DNA of 64,000 nt from positions 44,270,001-44,334,000 of the forward strand of contig NC_087437.1 of NCBI RefSeq assembly GCF_036321535.1, read 5' to 3'. The notes under the pieces are model-generated. The model searched no databases, was not told the DNA's origin, and saw nothing but the letters and a program-made list of their open reading frames with translations. Below, in pieces: positions 49,421-62,308 of the stretch (positions are counted from its first letter, which is position 1; every line of letters starts with the position of its first letter). This DNA comes from Camelus dromedarius. Taxonomy: Eukaryota. The position numbers and the translations under genes were made by a program.

Positions 49421-49741
49421 AAAAAACAATGTGGTAAGCATGTTCCTTTTTTCTATGAGCAAATACGAGTATATGGATAGGAAAGGGGGAGTCATTAATC
49501 TTATCAATGGACAGCAAAGTCTTGAAGGCATAACAGTTTCCCACCAGAAGGTTTCCCTGCTGTAAGTCTGGAATATATAGGTTTACTTCTGTATACCTTT
49601 TTGGCAACTCTTTCGCTCTAACTTATATAAACTACCTGCAGTGTTACTGGAAACAGTTATAAAATGAAGGAATTTTGGCTGGGATTTAGGGAAGGAAGTT
49701 GTAGCAAAAAGCAGAGCAAGAGTAATAGGAGTTGCAATAAA

Positions 49742-50705
49742 CTTTTTAAAAAATTTTCAATAAGATATATATCACATACCATAAAATCTACCTATATGGT
49801 GTACAATTTAATGGTCTTTAATATATTCAGAGTTGTACAACTATCACCATAATCAAATCAATTTTAGAACATTTTTATTACAAAAATCTCCCATTCATTT
49901 AGTCACATGGTTGCTCCACCCCCTGCCTCTGCTTCAACATCATACAGTCACTAATCTACTTCCTGTCTCTACAGACCTGCCTATTCTGGACCTTTTATAT
50001 AAGTAGAAACTTATAATGTGTGATCTTTGTGACTGACTTCTTTCACTTACTATGTTTTCAAGATTCATCCATGTTGTAGTATCAATACTTAATTCATTTT
50101 CATTGCTGAATAATATTTCTTTGTATAGATATACTATACTTTTTTTTATTGTTTAGTGAATATTTGGTTTGTTTTCCCTTTGTGGTTATTGTGAATAATA
50201 CTTCTCTGAAACAGTTGTATACAAATTTTTGTGTAAATGTGTTTTTATTTCCCTTAGGTATATGCCTAGAAGTGGAATTACTAGATCATACAGTAATAAT
50301 GTTTAACCCTTTGAGGACATGCCAGGCTACTTTCCAAAGCAGCTGCACCATTTTACATTCCCACTAGCAATGTTTCAGAATTTGTTTCCCCACATTCTCA
50401 GCTCTTCTTACTATGTCTTTTTGATCATAGCTACCCTAAAGAGTGAGAAGTGTTCTCTCATTGTGATTTTTGACTAGCATTTCCCTAATGTCATTCAGTA
50501 TCTTTTCATGTGCTTATTACCATTTGTATATCTTCTTTTGAGAGATGTCTATTCAGATCCTTTGTCCATTTTTTAAATTGAGTTGTCTTTTTATTGAGCT
50601 GTATGTGTTCTTTATATATGCTAGGTAGAGTCCCTTATCAGATATGATTTGTAAATATTTCCTCTTATTCTGTGGGTTGCCTTTTCACTTTCTTGACGGT
50701 GTTTT
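49742..50705 (-). mobile_element. L1MB-like 3' end, about 1 kb
   Basis: tcacataccataaaatc...cagagttgtacaactatcacca...cactaatctactt...ttttcaagattcatccatgttgtag...ccaaagcagctgcaccattttacattcccactagcaatg...ttctgtgggttgccttttcactttcttga. Confidence 0.92.
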
Positions 50706-51147
50706 GTTTTGGTTTCTTTTGGCAATAAAATTTTGAGAGACAATATTGAGAAAAAAATACACTGGACCTTAATTATTTTTTAAATTTTCTGAAGCATTTT
50801 TAGGTATAAGTGTACAGATTAAACTAAATGTCTGGGACTAAAGAAGGAGGTGGGATGTTGAAGTCAGTTCTAAGTCAAAGAATGGTTTTGAACCTTTGGA
50901 ACAAGGAACAGGCCAGGGAAAGCTGCTATTTACATCCATATTTTCTGAAACAAAGTAAAAGGTACATGCAGGCTTCTTTCTGAAACTCTAGAGGAGGGAT
51001 CCCTTAAGAAGCAAAGGATGCAAAAGAGCCAACTTTAAAATAACTATTATTAACTTACGTTGTGTAGGACACCCTTGATACTTTCTTAATTTAGCTTGCT
51101 GTCCTTAACATTTCATCTTTAGTAAATATAATAATTGTTGTACTCTA

Positions 51148-51283
51148 GTGGGGAGGGTATAGCTCGGTGGTAGAGTACATGCTTAGCATGCATGAGGTTC
51201 TGAGTTCAATCCCCAGTGCCTCTATTTAAATAAACAAACAAACAAACCTAATCACCTCCCCCCACCAAAAAAAAAAAAAAAAA
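51148..51283 (+). mobile_element. Camelid tRNA-Ala-derived SINE (vic-1 type), full length
   Basis: gggagggtatagctcggtggtagagtacatgcttagcatgcatgaggttctgagttcaatccccagtgcctc head (A box 51160-51170, B box near 51203-51213), aaacctaatcacctcccc body and poly-A; TSD aattgt(tg)tactct at 51133-51146 and 51285-51296. Confidence 0.92.
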
Positions 51284-52491
51284 GAATTGTTACTCTGAAG
51301 GCAATGTCTCACCTATTTCAGACATACACTGTTAAAAGGTTATTTCTGTGAGTATTTTAGTTAATCTAACCCTGATCTTTCCTTTAAGGTCTCAGATTCT
51401 TAAACTGAAAATTATGCTATCAGAGCAGTTTTCAGGTTTCTTTATTTACCTTAATTCTGACCTTAATTTTGCTAGTTGGTGAAGGTTTGCTTTATCAGTA
51501 AGATAGAGTATATATCTTCCCAAAGTATGCACTCTCCCAGGGTTAGCAGCATTTGCTTGTATGTCATACTATGAACTTATCCAGGCAGAATTACAGCTGC
51601 CTAATATGGTTTCTGTAGATAAGGCATTGAATTCTGAGGTATTATTGGTTATAGAAAAAATTATGTTTTCTTAATTAGGAGCTCATTTTACGTGCTGAAA
51701 TATTTGAATCACTGCTTATCGAGGTTAAAAGAACAAGTTGAAATGGGATTCAACACCTTGGAAATTCTGTTCACAAGTTTTTAAACCAAGACTTGACTTG
51801 GTCCGATGCATAATAAATCTCTTATACATATGGAACTCTGCAAGCTTTGTCGTTAGAGCTTTAAAAAAAAAAAAAGCAAAGATTCTCACTTAACCTTGTG
51901 GTGGAATTTTCAGAACTAAATACAAGGTTGGATTTTGCTTTCAAAGTAATCTCTGCTAGTTTGCAGTTGGTATCAGTAGTTCTGTAGCATTCATGAGATG
52001 ATACATTTAAAGATAACGGAAGGACTTTGAACATAGTTCATATCCCTTAGCTCCTCCCGCAGTGTCCACAGCTATGAGAGCAATACCAATATACAGCCTC
52101 CTTTCTTTCCAGCCGTTTTGCCAGTGAAAAGTTTGGGAACAGATGGATGGTTGAAGATATGAATGCATTGCTGTTATCATTATCACTTAACACAAGGCAG
52201 AGTTCATACATACATATAATATAAATTTTAAATATTATAATTTTAAATAATTATTGTATGAAATTAATATATAGTAATTTAGTATAAATAAGTATTAAAT
52301 ATATTATAAATATAACAGTATAATGCTAAATTATCAAACAATTATTAGGCCAATTATATACACTTTGAGTTCTAAATAATCTGACTTTGGTAAAGGGCAT
52401 CATTGTTTAGTATAAATACCTTCAATCTTTACTGTTATCTATCTGTATATCTCTCTAGGGTAACGTAGTTAACCTGCTGCACTGTAATAAT

Positions 52492-52610
52492 TTTTTTTAA
52501 TAGTTTATTTGTTTTGCTTTTTAGAGGGGAGGTAATTAGGTTTATTGGTTTACTTATTTTAGTGGGGGTACTGGGGATTGAACCCAGGACCTTGTGTATG
52601 CTAAGCATGA
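52492..52610 (-). mobile_element. Camelid SINE (vic-1 type), 5'-truncated
   Basis: gggggaggtaattaggttt...ggtactggggattgaacccaggaccttgtgtatgctaagcatg; lacks the A box; perfect 8-bp TSD gtaataat at 52484-52491 and 52611-52618. Confidence 0.9.
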
Positions 52611-52859
52611 GTAATAATGATCTTGATGCTAGCTTTCCTTGTTCTATATAATTTTTGTGAAATGCAACTCTCATGGAATCTTTATCCTGGGAGAACCTGC
52701 AATGATCACGTTTTACATAGGTAGACCTTTCCTGTCGCATCAATCAAAACTTATTTTGTACTGCCCTCTGTTGTGAACCTTTTTATCAAGAGAGTCCTTT
52801 CATTGACTCCTATATGCAGATACTCATTCCCAACTTCCTGCGTGAGCTCATCTTTCTTT

Positions 52860-53112
52860 CATGACTTCGTTATTAAGTCCTATTCATTTTTCAAGACACA
52901 GCTGTAGTTCCTGTCGAGACCCTCCTTAATTTCACCATTCCTGAATTCTTTTAGACCCCACAATTTACTTCTTGATTAAGCTTTAAATGTGTATATGTAA
53001 GTTTTATCTTTGCTGTTAGATTGTAATTTACTTAAAGCATTTTCTTAACATATTTTTGTTTCTATTTTCATAGCTCCAATACTGTACATATATTCACAAT
53101 GCTTAATAAATC
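52860..53112 (+). mobile_element. LINE-2 3' fragment
   Basis: cctattcatttttcaagacacagct...ttagattgtaatttacttaaag...atgcttaataaat. Confidence 0.5.
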
Positions 53113-53129
53113 TTAAAGGTGGTGATGAT

Positions 53130-53375
53130 TGGCAGCCATTTGTAGAATGCTTTTTCTGTCTTAAGAATGTGCTAAGTACTTGAAATTTATCAACTGAAGT
53201 CTCTAAGTGACCCTGTAATCATTCTGTGTGTGTGTGTATGTGTATACATGTATGTACACACAGGTTAGGAAACAGAATCTTTGAAAAATTAATTTCCTGT
53301 CCTAAAGTCACATAGTTGGTAAGTTGCAGTACTTGCATTCATACCTGTTTCTTTGTTAAACCCATGTGAATGATC
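53130..53375 (-). mobile_element. MIR with an internal (TG)/(TA)-type simple repeat
   Basis: gcagccatttgtagaatgctt...tgtgctaagtactt...ggaaacagaat...cctaaagtcacatagttggtaagttgcag. Confidence 0.6.
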
Positions 53376-54994
53376 TTTGTTATGCTGCAACATTGCTGCT
53401 GTTTCTACTATACTGGCGTCTAATCTGTGTATCACAGGGGCTTTAAAAGGGCCTCTTGGCTTTAACTGGAATGAAAGACTTTGTTTTTGATTATTAGAAT
53501 CTGCATTTTAGGTATGTAGTTCATTATTTCTATCCCGTTCAGTCCACAAAGTGCATTATGCAACTTGACTTAAATATCATAAAAATTAGTCCAAGAATAT
53601 CTATTTCAACTTTATCAAAAAGTGTTTCATTGTAGCTCAAACTTACTTCTTAGAAACGAAAAACTGGAACTTGATGAACAGCATCAATATTATTTGTGAC
53701 AATTTTGATTTCAGTTTAGGAGAAGGCAGGGCAGGAGAAGCACTTTGTTTCTAAGAATAGGCAATTTAGAAAACCCTGGTTTTGTTGGATTAAAAGTCAA
53801 ACTTAATTTTTTTTCCCTACCCCTCTCTATTTTTAAAGAATAAATAGAAATATTTTCTTTTCTTTGGAACAATTTGTTCATGCTTTAGGAGCTATTTAAT
53901 TAAATTATTACCTGCTGGAGCACCATCTGTTTTTGTCCTAGGAATACGAAGCATAGCTTTCCTTTCCATAGGCTTGGTAAATATGTAGAAGGTGCCAAAA
54001 AGCAATAAATATCATCAGCAGATGGACTGAGGCACTTCAATCTCCACACAGTCAGTCTTGATTGTTCTGGGCATAGCTAAATGGATTTTTCTGGATAGAT
54101 TCCTTTCAAAATATATTAAATGCAGGAAGGGAGTTGATTAATTTTCTCCCATAGATCTCTTCACATTTTTCCCCTTAAGAGACAGGGCCTGATTTCGTTT
54201 TTAACTCTGGGTATGCCCACATGACAGCCATCAGTTGTGAAAGGTATAAGTAAATAACTTTATATTGTATCTAAGGGACTCGAAGTTGGTGAATTCTGGG
54301 ATGAATTTTCTAGAAGCCATCTCTACAGAAGCTGCTTCTTTCCTCCTCTGGCTACTGTGTCCCCATCCTTCTGGGTACAATCTTGATATCTGATGCACAC
54401 CCCAGAAGTCTCCTGTTTCACTCTCATTCCAGGCCCTGTGTCCTGTTCAGGGATAAGAGAAATTCAAGCACTTGTTGTACAAGTTCATTTGTGGTTTTTC
54501 CTTCCAACAGCAATATTCAGGAATTGAGGTGGCTGTGTGTGGTATAGACTTAAGAGTGATTAACTAGTATTAGTCAATTTTTATTCATCATGAACAGTCT
54601 TTTATTATATAATAAAGATAAATAGTCCATTTATCAATTCTCTCATTGGCTTTTCACACACACAAATCATTTTACATATAAACAAAAGTAATTTACCCTA
54701 AGGGTCATAGCTAGTAATCATGGATTCAAAATTCAAGCCTAGCTCCCTTGATTCCTGATAGTTTAGAATTTTAAAGCAGTAGCAGTTATATTGGGTTTCA
54801 CAGTTTATCAACTGCCTTTAATTTTTTAATTTTATTTATCAATTAACACTTAGAGAAACATAGACTAGATATTGCATCCTATTTTAAAGGCTGAAAGAGT
54901 TGAAGTAATTGCTGTAAGACACATTGCTGGTAAGATGGTATTTATCTTACTCGAAATTCTATACTCTCTTCAAGATACTGTGCCTTTTTGGAAC

Positions 54995-55318
54995 CTATCA
55001 CTTGTTGAGCAGCTGCAAGGTTCCAGACACTGTGCTAGGCTATAAAGATAAAAGATAACTGAAAAAATGAACTACCTTCAAGAGTTGGAACCTGAAGGCA
55101 AACCAGGCAGGGGATGAGCATGTGCAGTATGTGGGATGTGCTGCTGAAAGCGGGAGACGGGAAAGGATCGGAGTGGAAGTTGAGGCCAGGGCATACAGCT
55201 CTTCTGTGCCTCGGAAAGGAGCCTGTGAAGAGTCGTGGTAGAGCAGAATAAAACACCTCATGGGATGTGAAGCTGTCAAGTGATGTCTGATTGCTGTTTT
55301 GTAAAAATAGCTTTAGTG
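54995..55318 (-). mobile_element. LINE-2 3' fragment
   Basis: cacttgttgagcagctgc...ccagacactgtgctaggc...ccttcaagagtt...tgatgtctgattgctgttttgtaaaaatagcttt. Confidence 0.6.
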
Positions 55319-55616
55319 GTATTCTGGTTATTTATTGCTGTGTTATAAACTATTCCCATGTTGCGTGGCTTTGAACAACCACCATTTTATTGTGTCTTAT
55401 TATCTGATCGGGAATACAGTCAGGTCACTGCTGGTCAACTCTGTTGCTCCACAGGCTTGTCACTTGGAAATCAGCTGGTAGCTGGTCTGTTCTCACGTGG
55501 ATGGCACATTGGTTGGGATGCCCAGGCTCAGCTTCCTTTGCATATAGTCTCAGTGTCTGCTTACGTGGTCTCTCCACAAGGGTAGTCACACTTCCTGTTC
55601 TCAGGGCTTCGAGGAT
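55319..55616 (-). mobile_element. MaLR LTR fragment, MLT1H-like
   Basis: ggttatttattgctgtgttataaacta...gtggctttgaacaaccaccattttatt...tgctccaca...acgtggtctctccacaagggtagtcacacttc. Confidence 0.75.
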
Positions 55617-56271
55617 TCTGTCTCTAAAAGTTGTTCATACTTTAATTACAGTTCTCACAAAGACGCTTTAGCGAGTAAATCTTGCACTCTCACTCAACCT
55701 GTTTCTTTAAAAGCTGTCACACTGAAGTTAAATGATTGTTCTTAAGATACATGTAATGCTGAAAGAGCATGGATTTAAATGTGAGGAGATGGTGAGTTAT
55801 TCAGGGGTTGTCAAAATTACGGGTTTAGTCCAATAAACATCTACATGGTGAAAGAATTATTCTAAAAACTGTGGGCATTAAAACTAAGAATAAGACCTAA
55901 TTCATGGGGGCAGAACCAGAGAGGAAAAGTGTATTGAAAAGAAAAATTGTAAAATTAATTAAAATAAAATCATGAGCATGAGAGCTAGTAGCCATGAGGA
56001 GGAATGTGAAGAGAATTTGGGAGAGCCACATACATGCTTAGTGAGGCCAGAGAGCAGAGGCTTACACCTATGCGTGAATGAGTGAGTTAATCCATGTTCT
56101 CTCCCACTTTTTTCCTGTAAGTCTCTAAGGAAGCTGCATAGGGATGGAGATTATATGAAAAGGTCATACTACAAAATTTTCTTTGGGTCTGATGGAAAAA
56201 TCAATCACGTTCTTTTGATTTTGTTTGTTTTTTGGAGGAATTAAAAATATGCTCTTGTGTGATGGTTTTCT

Positions 56272-56455
56272 GTCACAGCAGAGTGGTTAAGAACACAGGC
56301 TCTGGGACCCGTACTACTTGGGTTCAAGTCCTTTGTGATCTAGAGCAGGTGACTTCAACGTAGGGTCCTCAATTTGTAAAATGGGGATGATAACACTAGT
56401 AACTTCATGGTATTGTTTTGATGTTTAAATAAATGAATTACTATAAGAGGGTACG
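56272..56455 (+). mobile_element. MIR
   Basis: gcagagtggttaagaacacaggctctgg...ttgggttcaagtcc...tcctcaatttgtaaaatggggatgataacactag. Confidence 0.85.
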
Positions 56456-59451
56456 TAAAACATAAATGTGTACTTTCTTCCTCCAATACTATAATCTTTA
56501 GCACAATTAAACTAGGCAAAGTGATATTTTTACAACTTGTGTTGCAGGGCTGCTCCTACTTTAATTTTGAACTTAATTTTGATTTTTCGCATCCTTAAAG
56601 ATTATGCTCCTTTTTAGGCAGAAACCATAGTATTTCCATTATTTTGGGCTCTGAAATGTTTTACGATTACTCTGGGAATGATTAAAGACCTCAGCCCTTT
56701 ACAAGATAGAAACAAAAAAAGGGTAAAGAAAGAAAAGAAAAAGAATGTTTTGGTTCCTGAGATACATGATTGAGAGAGATTTGGTTTGTGGGTAAGATAG
56801 GGGTTATGCTTACAGAGAGTGAATGGGGTGAGAAGTTCACCAGCCGCAGCAGCTGAAAGAAGTCTCCTAGAAGTGCTAGTGAGAAAGACCTTTAGTTTTC
56901 CTTACAGCGTCAGAGAACAGAACTCCCAAGCAGCAGGCTAAGGCTAAGTTGAATTTTACTATTTTTTTTTGAAGACAAGATTTGATGTGTTTGGAATGGT
57001 AGGGCAAAACAATCTTGTTGGTCACTATTTCTAATTAAAAAAAAAAAAAGTGCTGATTCTTCCTTGCTCAAGATACATCATTCCCAATATATGGAAAAGA
57101 ATCAAGTGAACTCTTCGTGGTCAGTTGTTTATTTTCAACAATTTCCTGCCACATCAACCGTGAGATAAGTAAGAATGGAAAAGTGAAAATGACATAATCG
57201 GCATGGCTGAAAGGAGACAAATGATATAAAGAAAATAGATGAAGGATGTATTATGGGAAGAAAGAAAATAAACGAAAAAATAAGCTAAAATTCGTGTTGG
57301 TAAAGTAATAATAGTTGACATTTTAAAATTGAAGTGCTAGGTGAATTTTAAAATTTTCCATGTATTAAAATAAACCACCTTTCAATAGTGTCAATTATAT
57401 AAAAGTTCTGTTAAACATTTTACATTCAATGCCTTTGTGAATATTGCATTTTCATGCCTTTTGCCTGACATTTAATTTCATATCAGCATTACTTTCATGT
57501 GCTACTGGAGGTCTTCCATTTTTTATAATATTCCTATCCATAAATAAAATATAAATGACATAAGCAGTGTCCAGTATAGTTTTTAGTAAGTTGTTTAGTT
57601 GCTTTAATTTACCCAAAACTGCTAGTATGCATGTATATAAATTTGTAATAAAAATTAACTTCTCTAAGTCAAACTGCCATACAGATGTAATATACTGCTG
57701 TAGTATTTCTCTTTCTGTTTCTTCTTCAATAAATCCTTTTTTATTGAAAAGGTTAACAGTTACTAGTATTATCACAAAAGGTTACTTATAGTGAGAACTT
57801 GAATTTTCTACATTAAAATAATAATTTTGTCAACCTTTTTCAGATAAAATTCCATTTTTTATATGAATTAGAAGGCCTGGAAGAAAGTATTATAAAAATA
57901 TATTCTCTTTTAGCTTCAGATATATTGTATAATTATGGATATAGCATTTTAAAAGGAAGAAAGAATAGCAAAATCTTGGGCAAATTGTTTCTTTTGTGCT
58001 GCTTAATTCTTAAAAAGCATTTCAGTCTTGATGCTGCCATCCGTTGTCAGTTGAAAGCTTCGTAATTCTGTTTTCTTTCCATTAATGTCTTCCTACTTCT
58101 TGTGCAAACATAATAATTAAACTAATTTTTAGCCCCAAGATTAAGTGAATTAATAGACATGATCTTTGTCTTATAAGGAGCATACCATGCTGTTAACTAT
58201 AATGAATTCCTGTCATTGTATTTTGGGTTAAATCCCTAATTTTAATTGTCTTTAGCTCTGTGGTCTAACAGTTTGAAAGCTGAATACTAAATTTTTTACA
58301 TTTGCTCTTTGGATCTTTAGCTGAAGAATAGATTTTAGAAGTTACCCAATACAGCCTTGGGATGGTTCATATGATATGTATTCTCTTACTGAATTTTAAG
58401 TGAACATAAGCATTCTCCACCAGTGTGTTTTTCTGGGCTGCTTCCTTTCCCACCAGTTAACCGCAGTATCATGATGTAGTGGTACTTTTTCCTCATGACA
58501 CTCTAAAGGAGTATGTATGAAAGAAGCCTTCAGAACATGAAAAGCACAGACTCTGGAAGCATTGGATTACCAACCTGGGCCTTGAATAGTCTTTCTGAAT
58601 TACGATTTTAGGAAACACAGGGTTACAAATTTTAGAATAAAGCACTTCCAGTCTGAAGAAACCTGTTGATACTTTTTGAAGAGTAAAGATATTTAAAAAG
58701 TAAGCCAATAAAGTACCTTTGAAAAATGTGAAAAATAGTGCTGAGTGGCCTCATGTAGGTAAAAGCTTCATCTGTCTGTTCGTGGAAATCTGAGAGTCAT
58801 AGTCAAAAAGCAGCAATTTAAGATCATTCATGTTGGCTGAAAGGATAAAAAATTGCAGTGTATCTATCAAGCTAAGAGGCTCCTCCTGGCAGACAGCTCT
58901 CAGAGCCAAGTGGTGATTGTATTGACATGTTAACTCTTGACACACTCGAAGCCCTCTTAGGCCAGGGTGAACCATGAGCGGTGGGGATGGACCAAAGGGT
59001 TCTGCTGCCTAAACAGGACAGGAACAGATTGAACGTGAACTTTAGCTTTCAGCTTCTAAGCACAGTTTTTGCCCTTTATCCCTCAGCAGCAGGAGGAAAG
59101 AGACATTTTGAAAGTATTGCTAGGAAGAGACCATAAAGCAGAGGTTGTGGTCTTTCCCTCAGAGCGGTGGACTTGGAAGCGTTTCACCCTTAGTGAAAAC
59201 CGCAGTGCCCGGAAACATCACTATCTACCACGACGCTATGGAGAGCAAACGACAGAGATCTTTGAGGTCCTGGAGTCAGAGCGGCCCCCAGGGGTCTTAG
59301 GATCAAGGCAGACCATTCAGATTTAATGGATATTGAGCCTCCTGGGGCTTGTAGTCACATTAGTGACCAACCTGGGATAAATAAACCCGTAAGATCTCTG
59401 GACGTGCTAACATCTCTCCAACATTGGGGACTTTCAGAGTGTCTGAATGTG

Positions 59452-59700
59452 GTAATGTTTAAAAAGAGTAGGTTTTGGAATTTGACAGGCTGGGTGTGCT
59501 ATTCCAGCTGCTTGTGCTTGAATATAGATGTGAGAATTTGGGGAAATGATTTGACCCCTAAGTCTCAGATAACCTCATCTATCAAATGGGGGTAATGATA
59601 CTTAACATATAAGATTATTTGATTAAATGATATAATGCATGTGAAGTGCTAACCTGATAGTGAGTCCTGGCTCATTTTTGGGTTCAGTAAATCATTTATG
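59452..59700 (+). mobile_element. MIR
   Basis: gtaggttttggaatttgacagg...tgtgagaatttggggaaatgatttgacccctaagtctcag...cctcatctatcaaatgggggtaatgatac...attaaatgatataatgcatgtgaagtgct. Confidence 0.8.
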
Positions 59701-59932
59701 TAACTGTAACATAGCATGTTGTATATCCAAATCTAAGACTAATAGATAAAAGGAGACTCAAGATTTCTCTGATTAGATAGAGAGAAATATCTCACCGACA
59801 TAGAAATCTGCAACTACAAAAAGAGGTAACTCAGAAAAAGTAAGCTCTTCAGCTAAGACTGACAGCCTTGTGCATTAACAAATGAGATTAGGCGAAGGCT
59901 GATTGAGCCTGAGAAGGCCCCACAGACACCCT

Positions 59933-59946
59933 CTGCCCCCTGGCTG
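59933..59946 (-). promoter_or_regulatory. Candidate CTCF motif
   Basis: Minus strand CAGCCAGGGGGCAG matches 12 of 14 positions of CCASYAGRKGGCRS; binding not shown. Confidence 0.4.
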
Positions 59947-62124
59947 CAATGAAGCTCACAATTGCATTAAAACTCAATGACAGTAGCTTTCTTTAATCAG
60001 ACGATCAGAATTTTTTCTCCTCTACACTTGTGTATTTTATGGTTTGTGATGTCATTTATCTTCTAATATAAGCCACGTCAAATACTCTGAAGGGCGAAAG
60101 GATGTTAATTCTTAGAAGTAAATAAATACTTTAGACATTTTCCTGTAAATGGAAATGATAACCAGAAAGAAAAAAATACACTTTAGAATCTAGGGGGAAT
60201 CAGACGCCCAAAAAGACCTGAAAGGGAGTCATGGCAGGAACAGGAGCTGTTTACACATCCCTAAATAGTTTTGTGATGTTAGTGGAAATCAAACTCATGT
60301 GATAGATATTCTGTGTAGTACTGAGTGTTCAAACTACCCATTCAAGTAACCCATAGAGTGTACAATCATTGCAGCATGTCTAAATTAACTTTCTGTTTGC
60401 CAGATTCTGTATTGAATTACATGATTCTAATACTGAAAAACCTTACTCTAAACACAGGACTCGGGTGGGCCCAACTGACCTTTTAGTTAGGGTGCCTTAC
60501 ACAAAGTTTGGCTGCACATGGGTACCCAGAAAGGCTGGCCCACTCAGGGAGCTAGCAGGTGGGCATACATATGCAAGCGGTAGAAACAAATTTACACAAA
60601 CCTGCTGGATTTCATCAGTTTTCCCTCAAATGGTTTAGACTGCATTTTGCAATTTATAGTCATTAATGTGGCATCCAAAGCATACCTTTTACATGTCATT
60701 TAGAGATCAAGGTAGCTCAGGCCTCAGAGACAAGTTTTAGTTTTATGCTCTCCAGTTTGATTATCTGCTCTGCCTAACTTCAGTGTACTATTCCGTTTAG
60801 AGTTGGTTTTGCCTAATTTCTTTTCTTAAAAATTAAGCACAGATAATAAATTTCTCTTACTTATATACACTCTTTATTCAATTAGTGAAGCATGAACAAC
60901 AAATAATTATTGTCATTTCTTTTGTGTAGTTAACATACAAAATTGCAATTAAATGAGGAATTCTTAATGCATTTACAGATACTATAGCAATTGCCAGGGC
61001 CATTTCACAAAACCATATGGAAAAAAAAAGATCTCATTATACTGAAAAATTAAGTCAGAGAACAGAGTCTTTTGAATTATTCTTTTTATAGTTTTATCTT
61101 TGGCCCTGTTCTCAAGTTGAGACCATTAAAGCTTTCAACAACAAAAATGTATTCCACAAATATGGGCTTTATTTGTACAAACTAAGTTCATACTGAAAAA
61201 TTTATGTCAATTGTTTTTAGCCTATAAGGAATATCCTTAAATTTAAATTTAAGAATTCCTCTGGGCACTCCTAGTTCACTGGTATAGCATCTAAAGCGGT
61301 GCTGCACAAAGGTGCATAATGAATGCCTTTTGATGATGCACTGACATTTCTAAGAAATGCCTTTGCCTCAAATCAATCCGCTCAAACCAGCAAATGATTT
61401 GACATTCACAGCTTCAGGAAACACTATGTGAATATTTTTTCCTCCCGTTGTACAATAAAGATTCAATCATAGAACTGTCATAGGAAATTGAGATTCTGCC
61501 TTATGTTTTAAAGTTAATCTGCCAGACTCATTTATTTTACTTGTAAAATAACTTACACAACTAGGAAAGCCTTTAGATGTGTTCCTAATTCTGATAAGAT
61601 CTACATAGGCTTTTGTACTGTTTGAGTTAAAATACTATTGGTATCAGCATAGTCAATGGGTCAAGTTAACCACCTATGACAAGCATGATTTTCTACCAAA
61701 AAAAAATGTGTAACCCGTGCTCATGATTAATTATCACTAGTTAGAAAACTGAACTCTTCAGCATTGTGGAAAAGTTCTGTGGTTTTTGTAGAGTGACTTA
61801 ACCTCAACGCTAATCATAATAAGAGAGCTTTTGGTTGTAAGTCAAATGTAATGATAATTTTCCTGTAAATATTAGCCCCACTTCTCTCTTATCTGTCTGA
61901 ACCACAGCTAATGATTAACAGATGCTTCTCATTCTCAAAAGTGCTTGAGTGCACTGCTCCATTTCTCATTATCTCCAGGTTCTTATTATTGAAACTTAAG
62001 CCCTCTGGTCATAATTTAATTTAATTAAGTCTGTACTCTAAAGTTGTAAGCGCCAAATACTTCTAATTTCTTAAACTCTATAGAATTTCTGGAGTGATCT
62101 TTGTTAATAGATCACTTACAATAT

Positions 62125-62308
62125 GTTAGACCTTGTTCCTAAGCATCCTTAGTCACTTACATCATTTACTCATAGAAATGCTACAGATACGGTGCTATTA
62201 TTATTTCCACTTTACGAGTGTGGAATTTAAGTGTAACGATATTAAGCGACTGGTCTAAATTACATAGCAGAGCTATGATGTGAACCCAGTAGTTTGACTA
62301 TGGAGTCT
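62125..62308 (-). mobile_element. MIR
   Basis: atcatttactcatagaaatgctacagatacggtgctattattatttccactttac...ttaagcgactggtctaaattacatagc...tgaacccagtagtttgact. Confidence 0.8.

Noticed and set aside
51151..51224. Functional tRNA-Ala gene
   Set aside because: It is followed by a SINE body, poly-A and TSD, so it is a SINE head.
52205..52345. Extremely AT-rich tract as a special element
   Set aside because: It is low-complexity sequence with no periodicity or other support.
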